Below are positions 15,304 through 24,000 of a stretch of 24,000 nt of DNA, one piece after another. The notes below the pieces were generated by a model. That model saw nothing but the letters and a program-made list of their open reading frames with translations, was not told the origin of the DNA and made no database searches. Origin of the DNA: an uncultured Anaeroplasmataceae bacterium (lineage in GTDB: Bacteria; Bacillota_I; Bacilli_A; Acholeplasmatales; Anaeroplasmataceae); contig CAJTXR010000002.1 of assembly GCA_910584005.1 (NCBI GenBank), forward strand, positions 83,681 through 107,680, read 5' to 3'. Positions within the stretch are counted from its first letter, which is position 1. Every line of letters starts with the position of its first letter. A program made the translations under genes and the position numbers.

Positions 15304-18300
15304 ATGAGTGAGAAAAAGAAAAGAATGGCGATAGATGGTAACTATGCTGCTGCATATTCATCTTATGCATTTACAGAAGTTGCTGGTATCTATCCAATTA
15401 CTCCATCATCCCCAATGGCGGAGTATACTGATGAATGGGCATCACAGGGTAAGAAAAACTTATTCGGAATGCCAGTCAGAGTTGTTGAAATGCAATCTGA
15501 AGGAGGAGCTGCTGGTACGGTTCATGGTTCTTTACAGGCAGGAGCTTTAACTACAACTTATACAGCATCACAGGGATTATTATTAAAGATTCCTAATATG
15601 TATAAGATTGCTGGGGAATGCTTACCTGGAGTAATCCATGTTTCAGCACGTACACTTGCTGCTCAATCTTTATCTATTTTCGGTGATCATCAGGATGTTA
15701 TGGCTTGCCGTCAAACTGGCTTTGCTATGCTATGCTCAGGATCTGTTCAAGAGGTTATGGATTTAGCTGGTGTTGCACATTTATCTGCAATTGAATCTAG
15801 TATTCCTTTCCTTCATTTCTTTGATGGTTTTAGAACTTCACATGAAGTAAATACAATTGAACCCATTGATTATGAAGTATTTGATAAGTTGTTAGATCGT
15901 GATGCAGTTGCTAAATTTAGAGCAAATGCTTTAAATCCTGCTCATCCTAAAACACGTGGTACTGCTCAAAATGATGATGTTTATTTCCAAACAAGAGAAT
16001 TACAAAATCATAAATATGAAGAGGTTTATCCAGTTGTAGAAAAATACATGAAGGCTATTTCTAAAGCAACTGGTCGTAAATATCAACCATTTAGTTATTA
16101 TGGAGCACCAGATGCAAAGAATGTGATTGTCGCTATGGGTTCTGTAACAGAATGTGCTGAGGAAGTTGTAGATTACTTATTAGCAAGAAAAGAAAAAGTA
16201 GGTTTATTAAAAGTTCATCTATATCGTCCATTTGTCGTAGATAAGTTCTTAAAGGCAATGCCTAAAACAGTAAAGAAAATTGCAGTTTTAGATCGTACAA
16301 TTGAACAAGGGGCATTATATGAACCTTTATGCTTAGATGTACAGGCTGCTTACTATGGTGCAAAAGAAGCTCCAATTATTGTTGGTGGTCGTTATGGTTT
16401 ATCTAGCAAAGATACAACCCCAGATATGATTAATGCCGTATATGCAAATCTAAAGAAAGCAAAACCAAAGGATCATTTCACTCTTGGTATTAATGATGAT
16501 ATTAAATATACCTCTTTAGATGTTACTGAAAAAATCGATGTTGCTGATCCTACAACTACAGAATTATTATTCTTTGGTTTAGGTTCTGATGGTACTGTTG
16601 GTGCTTGTAAAAATATTTCTAAGATTGTTGGAGATTATACAGAATTCTATTCTCAAAGCTATGCAGCTTATGACTCTAAGAAATCTGGTGGATCTACAAG
16701 ATTACATTTACGGTTCTCTAAGCATCCAATTCGTTCTACTTATTTAGTTAATCAACCACATTTCGTTTCTTGTTCATTAGATGCTTATCTTGATAAGTTT
16801 GATATGATTGCAGGTTTACGTGATGGTGGTACATTCTTATTAAATACTGTAGTAGATGCAAAGAATATTGAAAAGCGTTTGCCAAATCGGTATAAGAGAA
16901 TTTTAGCTCAAAAGCATGCGAAGTTCTATATTATTGCTGCAAATGCTGCCGCTAGAGAATGTGGATTCCGTCCAGGCTTAGGTGTAAATACAATTATGCA
17001 ATCTGCTTTCTTCAAATTAAATGAACAAATTATGGATTATGAAGAAGCAAAACAACATATGAAGGAATTTGCAACTAAGACATATTTAAGAAAAGGTCAA
17101 GAATTAGTAGATCAAAACCATAAGGCTATTGATATGGGTGGTACAAAACTTGTTGAAGTAGAAGTTAAACCTGAATGGGCTAATTTAGAAGATGAAGAAA
17201 AGAAAGTAGATATGAAGCGTCCAGCATTCGTAAGAGAAATTGCTGATGTTATTAACGCAATTAATGGAGATTCACTACCTTTATCTGCATTTGCTAAATT
17301 TGGGGATGACTGCCATATGCCACAGGGAACTGCTGCATATGAAAAGCGTGGTGTAGCTACAGATGTTCCTCTATGGAATTCTGAAAACTGTATTCAATGT
17401 AATCAATGTGCATTTGTATGTCCACATGCATGTATTCGTCCATTCTTATGTACAGAAGAAGAAGTTGCAAAGGCTCCTAAGGGTGCTCAATTCTTAGATG
17501 CAACTGGATTTAAAGGATATAAATATACATTACAAGTATCTACTTTAGATTGTACAGGTTGTGGTGTATGTTTAACTGTTTGTCCTGGTAAGAAAGTGAA
17601 AGATGAAACAGGTGCTTTAGTACAACGTCCTGCATTAACTTCTCATTCTATGGCAGAATCTAATAAAAATAAAGAAGCTAAAGTTTGTGAATACTTCTAT
17701 AATAAGGTAAGCTATAAGGGCGATGTTGCAGGAACTGCAAACGCAAAGAATGTTCAATTCTCTAAGCCTTTATTTGAATTCTCTGGTGCTTGTGGTGGAT
17801 GTGGAGAAACTCCTTATGTTAAAGCTGTATCTCAATTATTTGGTGATCGTATGATGGTTGCTAACGCAACAGGTTGTACTTCAATTTATTCTGGTTCTTA
17901 TCCATCTAGCCCTTATACTACAAACGCAGAAGGCCATGGTCCTGCTTGGGCAAACTCTTTGTTTGAAGACAATGCTGAATTTGGATTTGGTATGAGAATG
18001 GCTGTTGAAACATTACGTGATCGTATTCAAACGGTTATGGCATTAAATATGGATGAAATGCCTGCGGATGCTAAGACACTTTGTCAATCTTGGATAGAGA
18101 ATAGAACATCCGGGTCTAAGACAAAAGAATTAGCTCCAAAAATTGTTGCAGCTATGGAAGCAATTGATGCACCATATGCAAAAGAAATTCTATCTTTAAA
18201 AGATTATTTAGTTAAGGTAAGTCAATGGATTATCGGTGGTGATGGTTGGGCTTATGATATTGGATATGGTGGACTTGACCATGTTATCGCAAATAACCAA

Positions 18301-18882
18301 GATGTTAATATTTTAGTTGTAGATACAGAAGTTTATTCTAATACTGGTGGTCAAGCATCTAAATCTTCTAGAACTGGTGCTATTGCAAAGTTTGCTGCTG
18401 CTGGTAAACCTACATTTAAAAAGGATTTAGCTTCTATTGCTATGTCTTATGGTCATGTTTATGTTGCAACTGTTTCTCATGGTTACAATCAAAATCAAGT
18501 AATAAAAGCGTTAAAAGAAGCAGAAGCATATGATGGTCCATCTATTGTAATTTGTTACTCTCCTTGTATTGCTCATAATATTAAAAAAGGTTTATTCATG
18601 AGTCAAATGGAGGCTAAGAAGGCTACTGAATGTGGATATTGGCCAACTTTCAGATATAATCCGGATTTAGCTAAGGAAGGTAAGAATCCATTCCAAATGG
18701 ATTCTAAAGAACCAGATTGGTCTAAATATAATGATTTCTTAATGAATGAAGGTCGTTATGCTCAATTGGTTAAGATTAATCCAGAAAAGGCTCAAGAATT
18801 ATTAGAATCTAACTTAAAGGATGCTCAAAAGCGTTTTGCAAACTATACACGTTTAGCAAATATGGAATATCCAAATAAGTAA
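15304..18882 (+). CDS. nifJ: Pyruvate:ferredoxin (flavodoxin) oxidoreductase, single-chain
   Basis: 1192 aa; ITPSSPMAEYTDEWASQGKKNLFG, CIQCNQCAFVCPHACIRPF and CTGCGVCLTVCPG ferredoxin domains, GDGWAYDIGYGGLDHV TPP-binding region. Confidence 0.98.
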   Translation: MSEKKKRMAIDGNYAAAYSSYAFTEVAGIYPITPSSPMAEYTDEWASQGKKNLFGMPVRVVEMQSEGGAAGTVHGSLQAGALTTTYTASQGLLLKIPNMYKIAGECLPGVIHVSARTLAAQSLSIFGDHQDVMACRQTGFAMLCSGSVQEVMDLAGVAHLSAIESSIPFLHFFDGFRTSHEVNTIEPIDYEVFDKLLDRDAVAKFRANALNPAHPKTRGTAQNDDVYFQTRELQNHKYEEVYPVVEKYMKAISKATGRKYQPFSYYGAPDAKNVIVAMGSVTECAEEVVDYLLARKEKVGLLKVHLYRPFVVDKFLKAMPKTVKKIAVLDRTIEQGALYEPLCLDVQAAYYGAKEAPIIVGGRYGLSSKDTTPDMINAVYANLKKAKPKDHFTLGINDDIKYTSLDVTEKIDVADPTTTELLFFGLGSDGTVGACKNISKIVGDYTEFYSQSYAAYDSKKSGGSTRLHLRFSKHPIRSTYLVNQPHFVSCSLDAYLDKFDMIAGLRDGGTFLLNTVVDAKNIEKRLPNRYKRILAQKHAKFYIIAANAAARECGFRPGLGVNTIMQSAFFKLNEQIMDYEEAKQHMKEFATKTYLRKGQELVDQNHKAIDMGGTKLVEVEVKPEWANLEDEEKKVDMKRPAFVREIADVINAINGDSLPLSAFAKFGDDCHMPQGTAAYEKRGVATDVPLWNSENCIQCNQCAFVCPHACIRPFLCTEEEVAKAPKGAQFLDATGFKGYKYTLQVSTLDCTGCGVCLTVCPGKKVKDETGALVQRPALTSHSMAESNKNKEAKVCEYFYNKVSYKGDVAGTANAKNVQFSKPLFEFSGACGGCGETPYVKAVSQLFGDRMMVANATGCTSIYSGSYPSSPYTTNAEGHGPAWANSLFEDNAEFGFGMRMAVETLRDRIQTVMALNMDEMPADAKTLCQSWIENRTSGSKTKELAPKIVAAMEAIDAPYAKEILSLKDYLVKVSQWIIGGDGWAYDIGYGGLDHVIANNQDVNILVVDTEVYSNTGGQASKSSRTGAIAKFAAAGKPTFKKDLASIAMSYGHVYVATVSHGYNQNQVIKALKEAEAYDGPSIVICYSPCIAHNIKKGLFMSQMEAKKATECGYWPTFRYNPDLAKEGKNPFQMDSKEPDWSKYNDFLMNEGRYAQLVKINPEKAQELLESNLKDAQKRFANYTRLANMEYPNK

Positions 18883-18893
18883 AAAAAGTGGTG

Positions 18894-18927
18894 AAAAAAC
18901 TGCTTGGGTAAAACCAGCAGTTTTTTT
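18894..18927 (+). terminator. Intrinsic terminator after nifJ
   Basis: AAAAAACTGCT(T)GG-GTAAAA-CC-AGCAGTTTTTTT hairpin. Confidence 0.85.
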
Positions 18928-18975
18928 CTTTTTCTTTTTATGGTAAAATATATTGGGAAGGAAAAGAGGGATTAT

Positions 18976-19569
18976 ATGAAAATACTTCTAACAGGCTTTT
19001 CAACCTTTGGTCCACATGAAAATAATCCTACAAGTATTTTAATACAGGAACTGAGAAACAGAAGAAATGAAAATATAGAAATTCTACAACTAGATGTAGG
19101 TTATGAACAAGATGGGAAAACGGTAGTAGAAAAAATTAAAGAAATAGAACCTGATATAGTGCTTTCTTTTGGGTTGGCAGGAGGAAGATATAAAGTATGC
19201 TTTGAGGCGATTGCATTAAATGTAAGAAGTAGTTTAATAACCGATAATCAAGGGATGCTTTGCAGTCATCAAAAAATTGGAAATGGACCTTTAGCTTATG
19301 AATCTACAATAAACTATAAAGAGTTAGAGAAAAGTCTTTCTTTAGAAGATTTTGCCATATCTTATCATGCAGGAACCTTTGTATGCAATGATGTATACTA
19401 TCAAGAATTAGAATATATAAATTTGAATCATTTAAATATTCAATGTGGATTTATTCATATTCCTTATGTGGAAGAATTTGCAAAGCAAATCCCTTCTATA
19501 AAATGGGAAAGATTAATCGACATAACCATGAGAATCATAGATAAAATTTTGGAGGAATATAATGTTTAA
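18976..19569 (+). CDS. pcp: Pyroglutamyl-peptidase I
   Basis: MKILLTGFSTFGPHENNPTS, active-site YHAGTFVCNDVYY. ORF track start 18904 runs through the terminator; ATG 18976 is preferred (upstream purine-rich AGAGGGA). Confidence 0.92.
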   Translation: MKILLTGFSTFGPHENNPTSILIQELRNRRNENIEILQLDVGYEQDGKTVVEKIKEIEPDIVLSFGLAGGRYKVCFEAIALNVRSSLITDNQGMLCSHQKIGNGPLAYESTINYKELEKSLSLEDFAISYHAGTFVCNDVYYQELEYINLNHLNIQCGFIHIPYVEEFAKQIPSIKWERLIDITMRIIDKILEEYNV

Positions 19570-20395
19570 AATTGGATGTCATTTATCCATTGCGAATGGA
19601 TTTTTAAAAGCAGGAAAAAATATAGTTGCACTTGGAGGAAATACTTTTCAGTATTTTTCTAGAAACCCACAAGGAGGACAAGCACGCCCTTGGGATCAAG
19701 GAGATTTTGATGGATTCATGGAATATGCATCAGTTGTTGGAATTGAAGGGTTATTATGTCATGCTCCTTACACTTTAAATGCTTGTTCGGCAAATCCTCA
19801 AACAAGAGAATTTGCAAGAATGGTATTTAAATCAGATATTATTATGTTAGAACATTTTCCGAATGCTTTATATAATTTTCATCCTGGAAGTCATACAGGT
19901 CAGGGTGTAGAAGAAGGGATTCGTCAAATTGTTGAAATTTTAAATGAAGTTATTTATCCTGAAATGAAAACGACAATTTTATTAGAAACTATGGCTGGTA
20001 AAGGTAGTGAAATTGGTAGAAGTTTTGAAGAGATTGCCGAGATTATCCGCAGGGTAGATTATAAAGAAAAATTGGGGGTCTGCTTAGATACCTGTCATGT
20101 TTATTCCGCAGGATATGATATCGTAAATCATTTAGATGAAGTATTAGAGGAATTTGATGCAATTATTGGATTAGAACGATTAAAAGCGATTCACTTGAAT
20201 GATTCTAAAATGCCTTTTGCTTCTAATAAGGATCGTCATGAAAAGATAGGCCAGGGTACAATTGGTTTAGAAGCAATCTTACGAATTATTAATCATCCAA
20301 GACTAAAGGACTTGCCTTTTTATCTTGAAACGCCAAATGAAGATGAGGGATATCAAAAAGAAATTGAACTTTTGAAAAAATGTCGAAAGTACTAA
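19562..20395 (+). CDS. nfo: Endonuclease IV (AP endonuclease)
   Basis: IGCHLSIANGF, NFHPGSHTG, LLETMAGKGSEIG, GVCLDTCHVYSAGYD, LKAIHLNDSKMPFASNKDRHEKIGQGTIG. Overlaps pcp by 8 nt. Confidence 0.97.
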   Translation: MFKIGCHLSIANGFLKAGKNIVALGGNTFQYFSRNPQGGQARPWDQGDFDGFMEYASVVGIEGLLCHAPYTLNACSANPQTREFARMVFKSDIIMLEHFPNALYNFHPGSHTGQGVEEGIRQIVEILNEVIYPEMKTTILLETMAGKGSEIGRSFEEIAEIIRRVDYKEKLGVCLDTCHVYSAGYDIVNHLDEVLEEFDAIIGLERLKAIHLNDSKMPFASNKDRHEKIGQGTIGLEAILRIINHPRLKDLPFYLETPNEDEGYQKEIELLKKCRKY

Positions 20396-20467
20396 AAAAT
20401 TGTGTTGATTTTTCCTTTTCAACGAAGCGATTTATATTTATAATAAATATGAAAAGCTGGTGAGAGT

Positions 20468-22213
20468 ATGTTTAAATTTATTAAAAGCCTATGGTGGTTT
20501 ATTTCTAAAAACTGGTATCGATATCTTAGCATTGTTTTTGTGGGAATTCTTTTTCCTATCCTAAATTTAGTTCCCGGCTTTATTGTTAAGATTTTAATTG
20601 ATGCAGTAAAAAATGAGGAAATCACTTTGGCTTTTTTATTTTATAAAATCATATTGCCATATCTTGGTACAATGCTTACGATTTATCTAGTTACGACTAC
20701 AAAACGTGTGCTTCAAAATCGTTTAAAGGTTCGCTTATACTATGCTTTACAAGTTCGATACATGGAGAATATATTAGTACAAGATGCAACCTTTTTTGAA
20801 AAGTTTCAATCTGGAGATTTATTGACAAGAGCATTGGGTGATGTCAAAAGTGTAAATTTTAGTGGTGGGAACCGCCTTATTAATATGTTTTTGGAGTTTA
20901 TGACTGTTGTCGTAACTTTAGTGGCGATGATGCTCATTCATCCAATTCTTGCAATTCTATGTTTTCTTCCACTTAGTTTAATTTTTGTTACCAATTTACT
21001 CCTTAAACGAAAAGTGAAAAGAAATTGGCAATTGGTTCGTGAAAAATCTTCTTTGATGGGGAATGTCATTTTAGAAAGTATCACAAATGTAAGAACTATA
21101 CGTGCCTTCTCAAAGGAAGAAGAAAATTACCAAAAAAATTTAAAATATTCTAAGGATACATATGAAATTGAAAAGGCTAATCTTAAGATTAATGTAATCT
21201 TCCAGCCGATGTTTCAATCAATTGTTGCTGTAGCAACGATTATTGCCTATGGTTTAGGAGCCTATTATTGTTATCAAAACTATATAGATGTAAGTGAATT
21301 AGCTCAATTTATTTTATATTTAAATTTATTTCAAGCTCCACTAACAAATATTGGTAATATGATTAATAATTTTTATCAATCCTTAATATCTGCAGATCGG
21401 ATTAATGAAATTTATGATGCCAAAAGTAGTGTTGTGGATAAAAAGAATGAAGACCTTCAAGAAATCAAAACAATTGAATTTAAAAATTTTTCATTTCGAT
21501 ATTTTGGAGATACAGAAGATGTATTAAAAAACATTGACTTGAAAATTGAAGAAGGACAAACCCTAGGAATTGTTGGTAAGACAGGAAGTGGAAAGTCAAC
21601 TTTAGTTCGCCAACTTGTTCGTCAACTTCCAATTGAAGAAGGTACGCTTTTTATTAATGGTGAAGAGATTGAAGATTATAACCAAAATAATGTACGTAGT
21701 CATATTGGGTATGTTCCTCAAGAACATATGCTATTTTCCAGGTCTGTAATGAAAAATGTTTTGTTAGGAGATTCAAGTGCTAGTTTAGAAGAAGTGAATG
21801 AAGCAGTGGTAATGGCCGATTTTGAAAAGGATATTGCTGAACTAGTTGATGGATATGATACAGTTGTAGGTGAGTATGGAGTGACTTTGTCGGGTGGACA
21901 AAAACAAAGACTGGCAATCGCTCGAGCATTTTTAAAAAATGCAGATGTGTTAGTTTTAGATGATTCTTTATCCGCTGTAGATGGTAAAACAGAAGCAAAT
22001 ATTATCCATTCTTTAAATCAATATCGTAAGAATAGGACAAACATCATTGTAGCTCATCGGTTATCTGCAGTTATGCATGCGAATTTAATTATCGTTTTAG
22101 ATCAAGGAAAAATTGTAGAACGAGGAACCCATGAAGAATTGATGGAATTAAAGGGATGGTATTATGAACAATTTTTAGCTCAAGCAATGGAAGAAGGTGA
22201 AGAACATGCGTAA
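20468..22213 (+). CDS. ABC transporter permease/ATP-binding protein (exporter half 1; Walker B LDDS)
   Basis: TM domain plus GIVGKTGSGKSTLVRQ, VTLSGGQKQRLAIARAFLKNADVLVLDDSLSAVD. Confidence 0.93.
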   Translation: MFKFIKSLWWFISKNWYRYLSIVFVGILFPILNLVPGFIVKILIDAVKNEEITLAFLFYKIILPYLGTMLTIYLVTTTKRVLQNRLKVRLYYALQVRYMENILVQDATFFEKFQSGDLLTRALGDVKSVNFSGGNRLINMFLEFMTVVVTLVAMMLIHPILAILCFLPLSLIFVTNLLLKRKVKRNWQLVREKSSLMGNVILESITNVRTIRAFSKEEENYQKNLKYSKDTYEIEKANLKINVIFQPMFQSIVAVATIIAYGLGAYYCYQNYIDVSELAQFILYLNLFQAPLTNIGNMINNFYQSLISADRINEIYDAKSSVVDKKNEDLQEIKTIEFKNFSFRYFGDTEDVLKNIDLKIEEGQTLGIVGKTGSGKSTLVRQLVRQLPIEEGTLFINGEEIEDYNQNNVRSHIGYVPQEHMLFSRSVMKNVLLGDSSASLEEVNEAVVMADFEKDIAELVDGYDTVVGEYGVTLSGGQKQRLAIARAFLKNADVLVLDDSLSAVDGKTEANIIHSLNQYRKNRTNIIVAHRLSAVMHANLIIVLDQGKIVERGTHEELMELKGWYYEQFLAQAMEEGEEHA

Positions 22214-23969
22214 AAAGGAAACAGTTTATTCAAAATCAACCTTATTTAAAAAGACATTACCTTATATCTTGAAGGAAAAATGGTTAGTGTTACTTGCTTT
22301 TGTGCTATCCATAGGAGTAGCTGTTTTAACGACGATTTCTCCATTACTTACAAAAAAAATTCTAGATGAGTTTATTGCGATTCAAGCAACAAATAAAATC
22401 ATTGAGTACTTAATTATTTATTTTGTTTTAATCATCATTGTAGTTATTATGCGATATTTTTTGCAATATGTTCAAACTTTAACAGGAATGCATATTGAAA
22501 AAAATTTAAGGGAAGATGCAATTCGTAAAATTGATTATTTACCTGTGGACTACTATTCTTTAGAACCAGATGGAAAGATTGTTGCTAAAATAACATCTGA
22601 TAGTAATGGGGTTCGTACATTTTATATGACCATGTTTTCTATAATAAATGCTTTATTAAATATTTGTATAGTTTACGTAGGTTTAATTTTATTAGAACCA
22701 ATGCTAGGATTAATCATCTTAGCTGTGGTACCAGTAATCCTAATATGGATTACAATATACCGTAAGAAAGTTCATGGATATTATTTAGATTTAAGAGAAA
22801 CAGGCTCGAGAATTACGGGTAAATTAAATGAATTAATCAGTGGGGCTTTAATTATTCAAGATTTTAATCAAGAAGAAAATATGATGGATGAGTATAAAGA
22901 ATTGGTAAATCGGTATAATTATAATGACGTTAAAGCGAATACAATTAATATTTACTTTGGATGGGAATTGTTAGTTATCGTCCGCCGTTTAGCTGAAACA
23001 GGAATTCTATTTTATTTAGGCTTCCAAGCTACTCAAATTGGAGGTATTGTTGTTACAGCGGGATTAATTACAACCTTTTTAGATTATCTTGCTCGAATGA
23101 TTAACCCAATCAATGCGATTTTTAATAATTTAAACGAATTAGAGGATTCTTTAGTTGCCGCAAATCGTGTGTTTATGTTTATGGATGAGGATAATGATAC
23201 AAGAGTATTAGATGGTGAAGAAGCACCTGAAGAAATTATTGGTGCGGTTGAATTTGAGCATATTAAATTTGCATATATAGATGATAATTATGTTTTAAAG
23301 GATTTATCTTTAAAGGTAGAAGCTGGCAAGAAAATTGGTATCGTTGGTCATACAGGGAGTGGTAAGTCTTCTTTAATGAATTTATTATTAGGATACAATG
23401 ATTACCAAGAAGGTAGACTTTTAGTAGATGGAGTAGATATTAAAACGTATAATAAAGCCTCCTACCGGAAGAACTTAGGAATTGTATTGCAAACTCCTGC
23501 TTTATTCGCTGGAACGATTCGTTCTAATGTAACAATGGAACGGGATATTTATACCGATGAAGAAATAACAAAGGTCATTGAAGAAGTTGGAGCGGGATAT
23601 ATGCTATCTAAAAATGAACTTGGACTAGATACACCGATATCTTTTAGAGGGGAAAACTTATCCTTAGGGGAAAAACAACTTTTATCTTTTGCTCGTATTT
23701 TGTTACGCAAACCTAAAATATTAGTTCTAGATGAAGCTACTGCTAATATTGATAGTGAAACGGAAATTAAAATCAAGCAGGCTATGGATGTTGTAGCTAA
23801 GGGAAGAACTACTTTTATTATTGCTCACCGGCTTTCAACAATTAAGGATGCGGATGAAATTGTGGTTTTAGATCATGGAGAAATTGTGGGGAAGGGAAGT
23901 CATAGTTCTTTATATCAGGAATGTCCGATTTATAAAGATATGTATGATTCACAATTTGAACAAAAATAA
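22206..23969 (+). CDS. ABC transporter permease/ATP-binding protein (exporter half 2; degenerate signature LSLGE)
   Basis: TM domain plus GIVGHTGSGKSSLMN, ENLSLGEKQLLSFARILLRKPKILVLDEATANID. Overlaps the previous stop; the track's GTG start at 22197 is an alternative. Confidence 0.93.
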   Translation: MRKKETVYSKSTLFKKTLPYILKEKWLVLLAFVLSIGVAVLTTISPLLTKKILDEFIAIQATNKIIEYLIIYFVLIIIVVIMRYFLQYVQTLTGMHIEKNLREDAIRKIDYLPVDYYSLEPDGKIVAKITSDSNGVRTFYMTMFSIINALLNICIVYVGLILLEPMLGLIILAVVPVILIWITIYRKKVHGYYLDLRETGSRITGKLNELISGALIIQDFNQEENMMDEYKELVNRYNYNDVKANTINIYFGWELLVIVRRLAETGILFYLGFQATQIGGIVVTAGLITTFLDYLARMINPINAIFNNLNELEDSLVAANRVFMFMDEDNDTRVLDGEEAPEEIIGAVEFEHIKFAYIDDNYVLKDLSLKVEAGKKIGIVGHTGSGKSSLMNLLLGYNDYQEGRLLVDGVDIKTYNKASYRKNLGIVLQTPALFAGTIRSNVTMERDIYTDEEITKVIEEVGAGYMLSKNELGLDTPISFRGENLSLGEKQLLSFARILLRKPKILVLDEATANIDSETEIKIKQAMDVVAKGRTTFIIAHRLSTIKDADEIVVLDHGEIVGKGSHSSLYQECPIYKDMYDSQFEQK

Positions 23970-24000
23970 ATGAAGCTAATTTAATTTGCAAAATATAATA

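Noticed and set aside
15335-15550. 71-aa plus-strand ORF in another frame within nifJ
   Set aside because: Nested in a 1192-aa well-conserved CDS, no RBS, low complexity.
18904-18975. N-terminal extension of pyroglutamyl peptidase from the ORF track
   Set aside because: It spans the nifJ terminator hairpin; the conserved protein starts with MKILLTGF at 18976.
1-24000. CRISPR arrays, transposons, retrons, rRNA genes
   Set aside because: No regularly spaced repeats, transposase/RT-like ORFs, or rRNA signatures were seen by reading. A dedicated search (for example CRISPRCasFinder, Infernal/Rfam) would be needed to exclude small structured RNAs.

Overview
AT-rich, Firmicutes-like chromosomal segment (basis: codon usage, strong AGGAGG ribosome-binding sites, SigA-type promoters), almost fully coding. 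The most notable region is an apparent six-gene operon (about 123-5135). It has a promoter at its start, very short or overlapping gene junctions, and a strong intrinsic terminator at its end. Gene order: small unknown protein, NfeD-family protein, SPFH/stomatin-like protein, radical SAM protein with a reduced SPASM-like C-terminus, a predicted membrane-anchored lipoprotein with a (Cys-Ala)5-GGGRAGC tail, and a multi-pass membrane protein. The rSAM and Cys-Ala-tailed protein look like a maturase/substrate pair in which the modified peptide is the cytoplasmic tail of a membrane protein. A second accessory-looking unit is an IbrA/IbrB-like pair (PAPS-reductase-like and ParB-like) next to two tRNA genes (Arg-ACG, Asp-GTC). 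The remainder is mostly housekeeping: M42 peptidase, unknown protein with a HEPN-like RNDVVGH motif, TypA/BipA, DUF4234- and DUF2752-like membrane proteins, peptidase T, cold-shock protein, DapA-family protein, pyruvate:ferredoxin oxidoreductase, pyroglutamyl peptidase, endonuclease IV, and a heterodimeric ABC exporter. No CRISPR arrays, transposases or rRNAs were seen. Family assignments come from motif recognition, not database searches.
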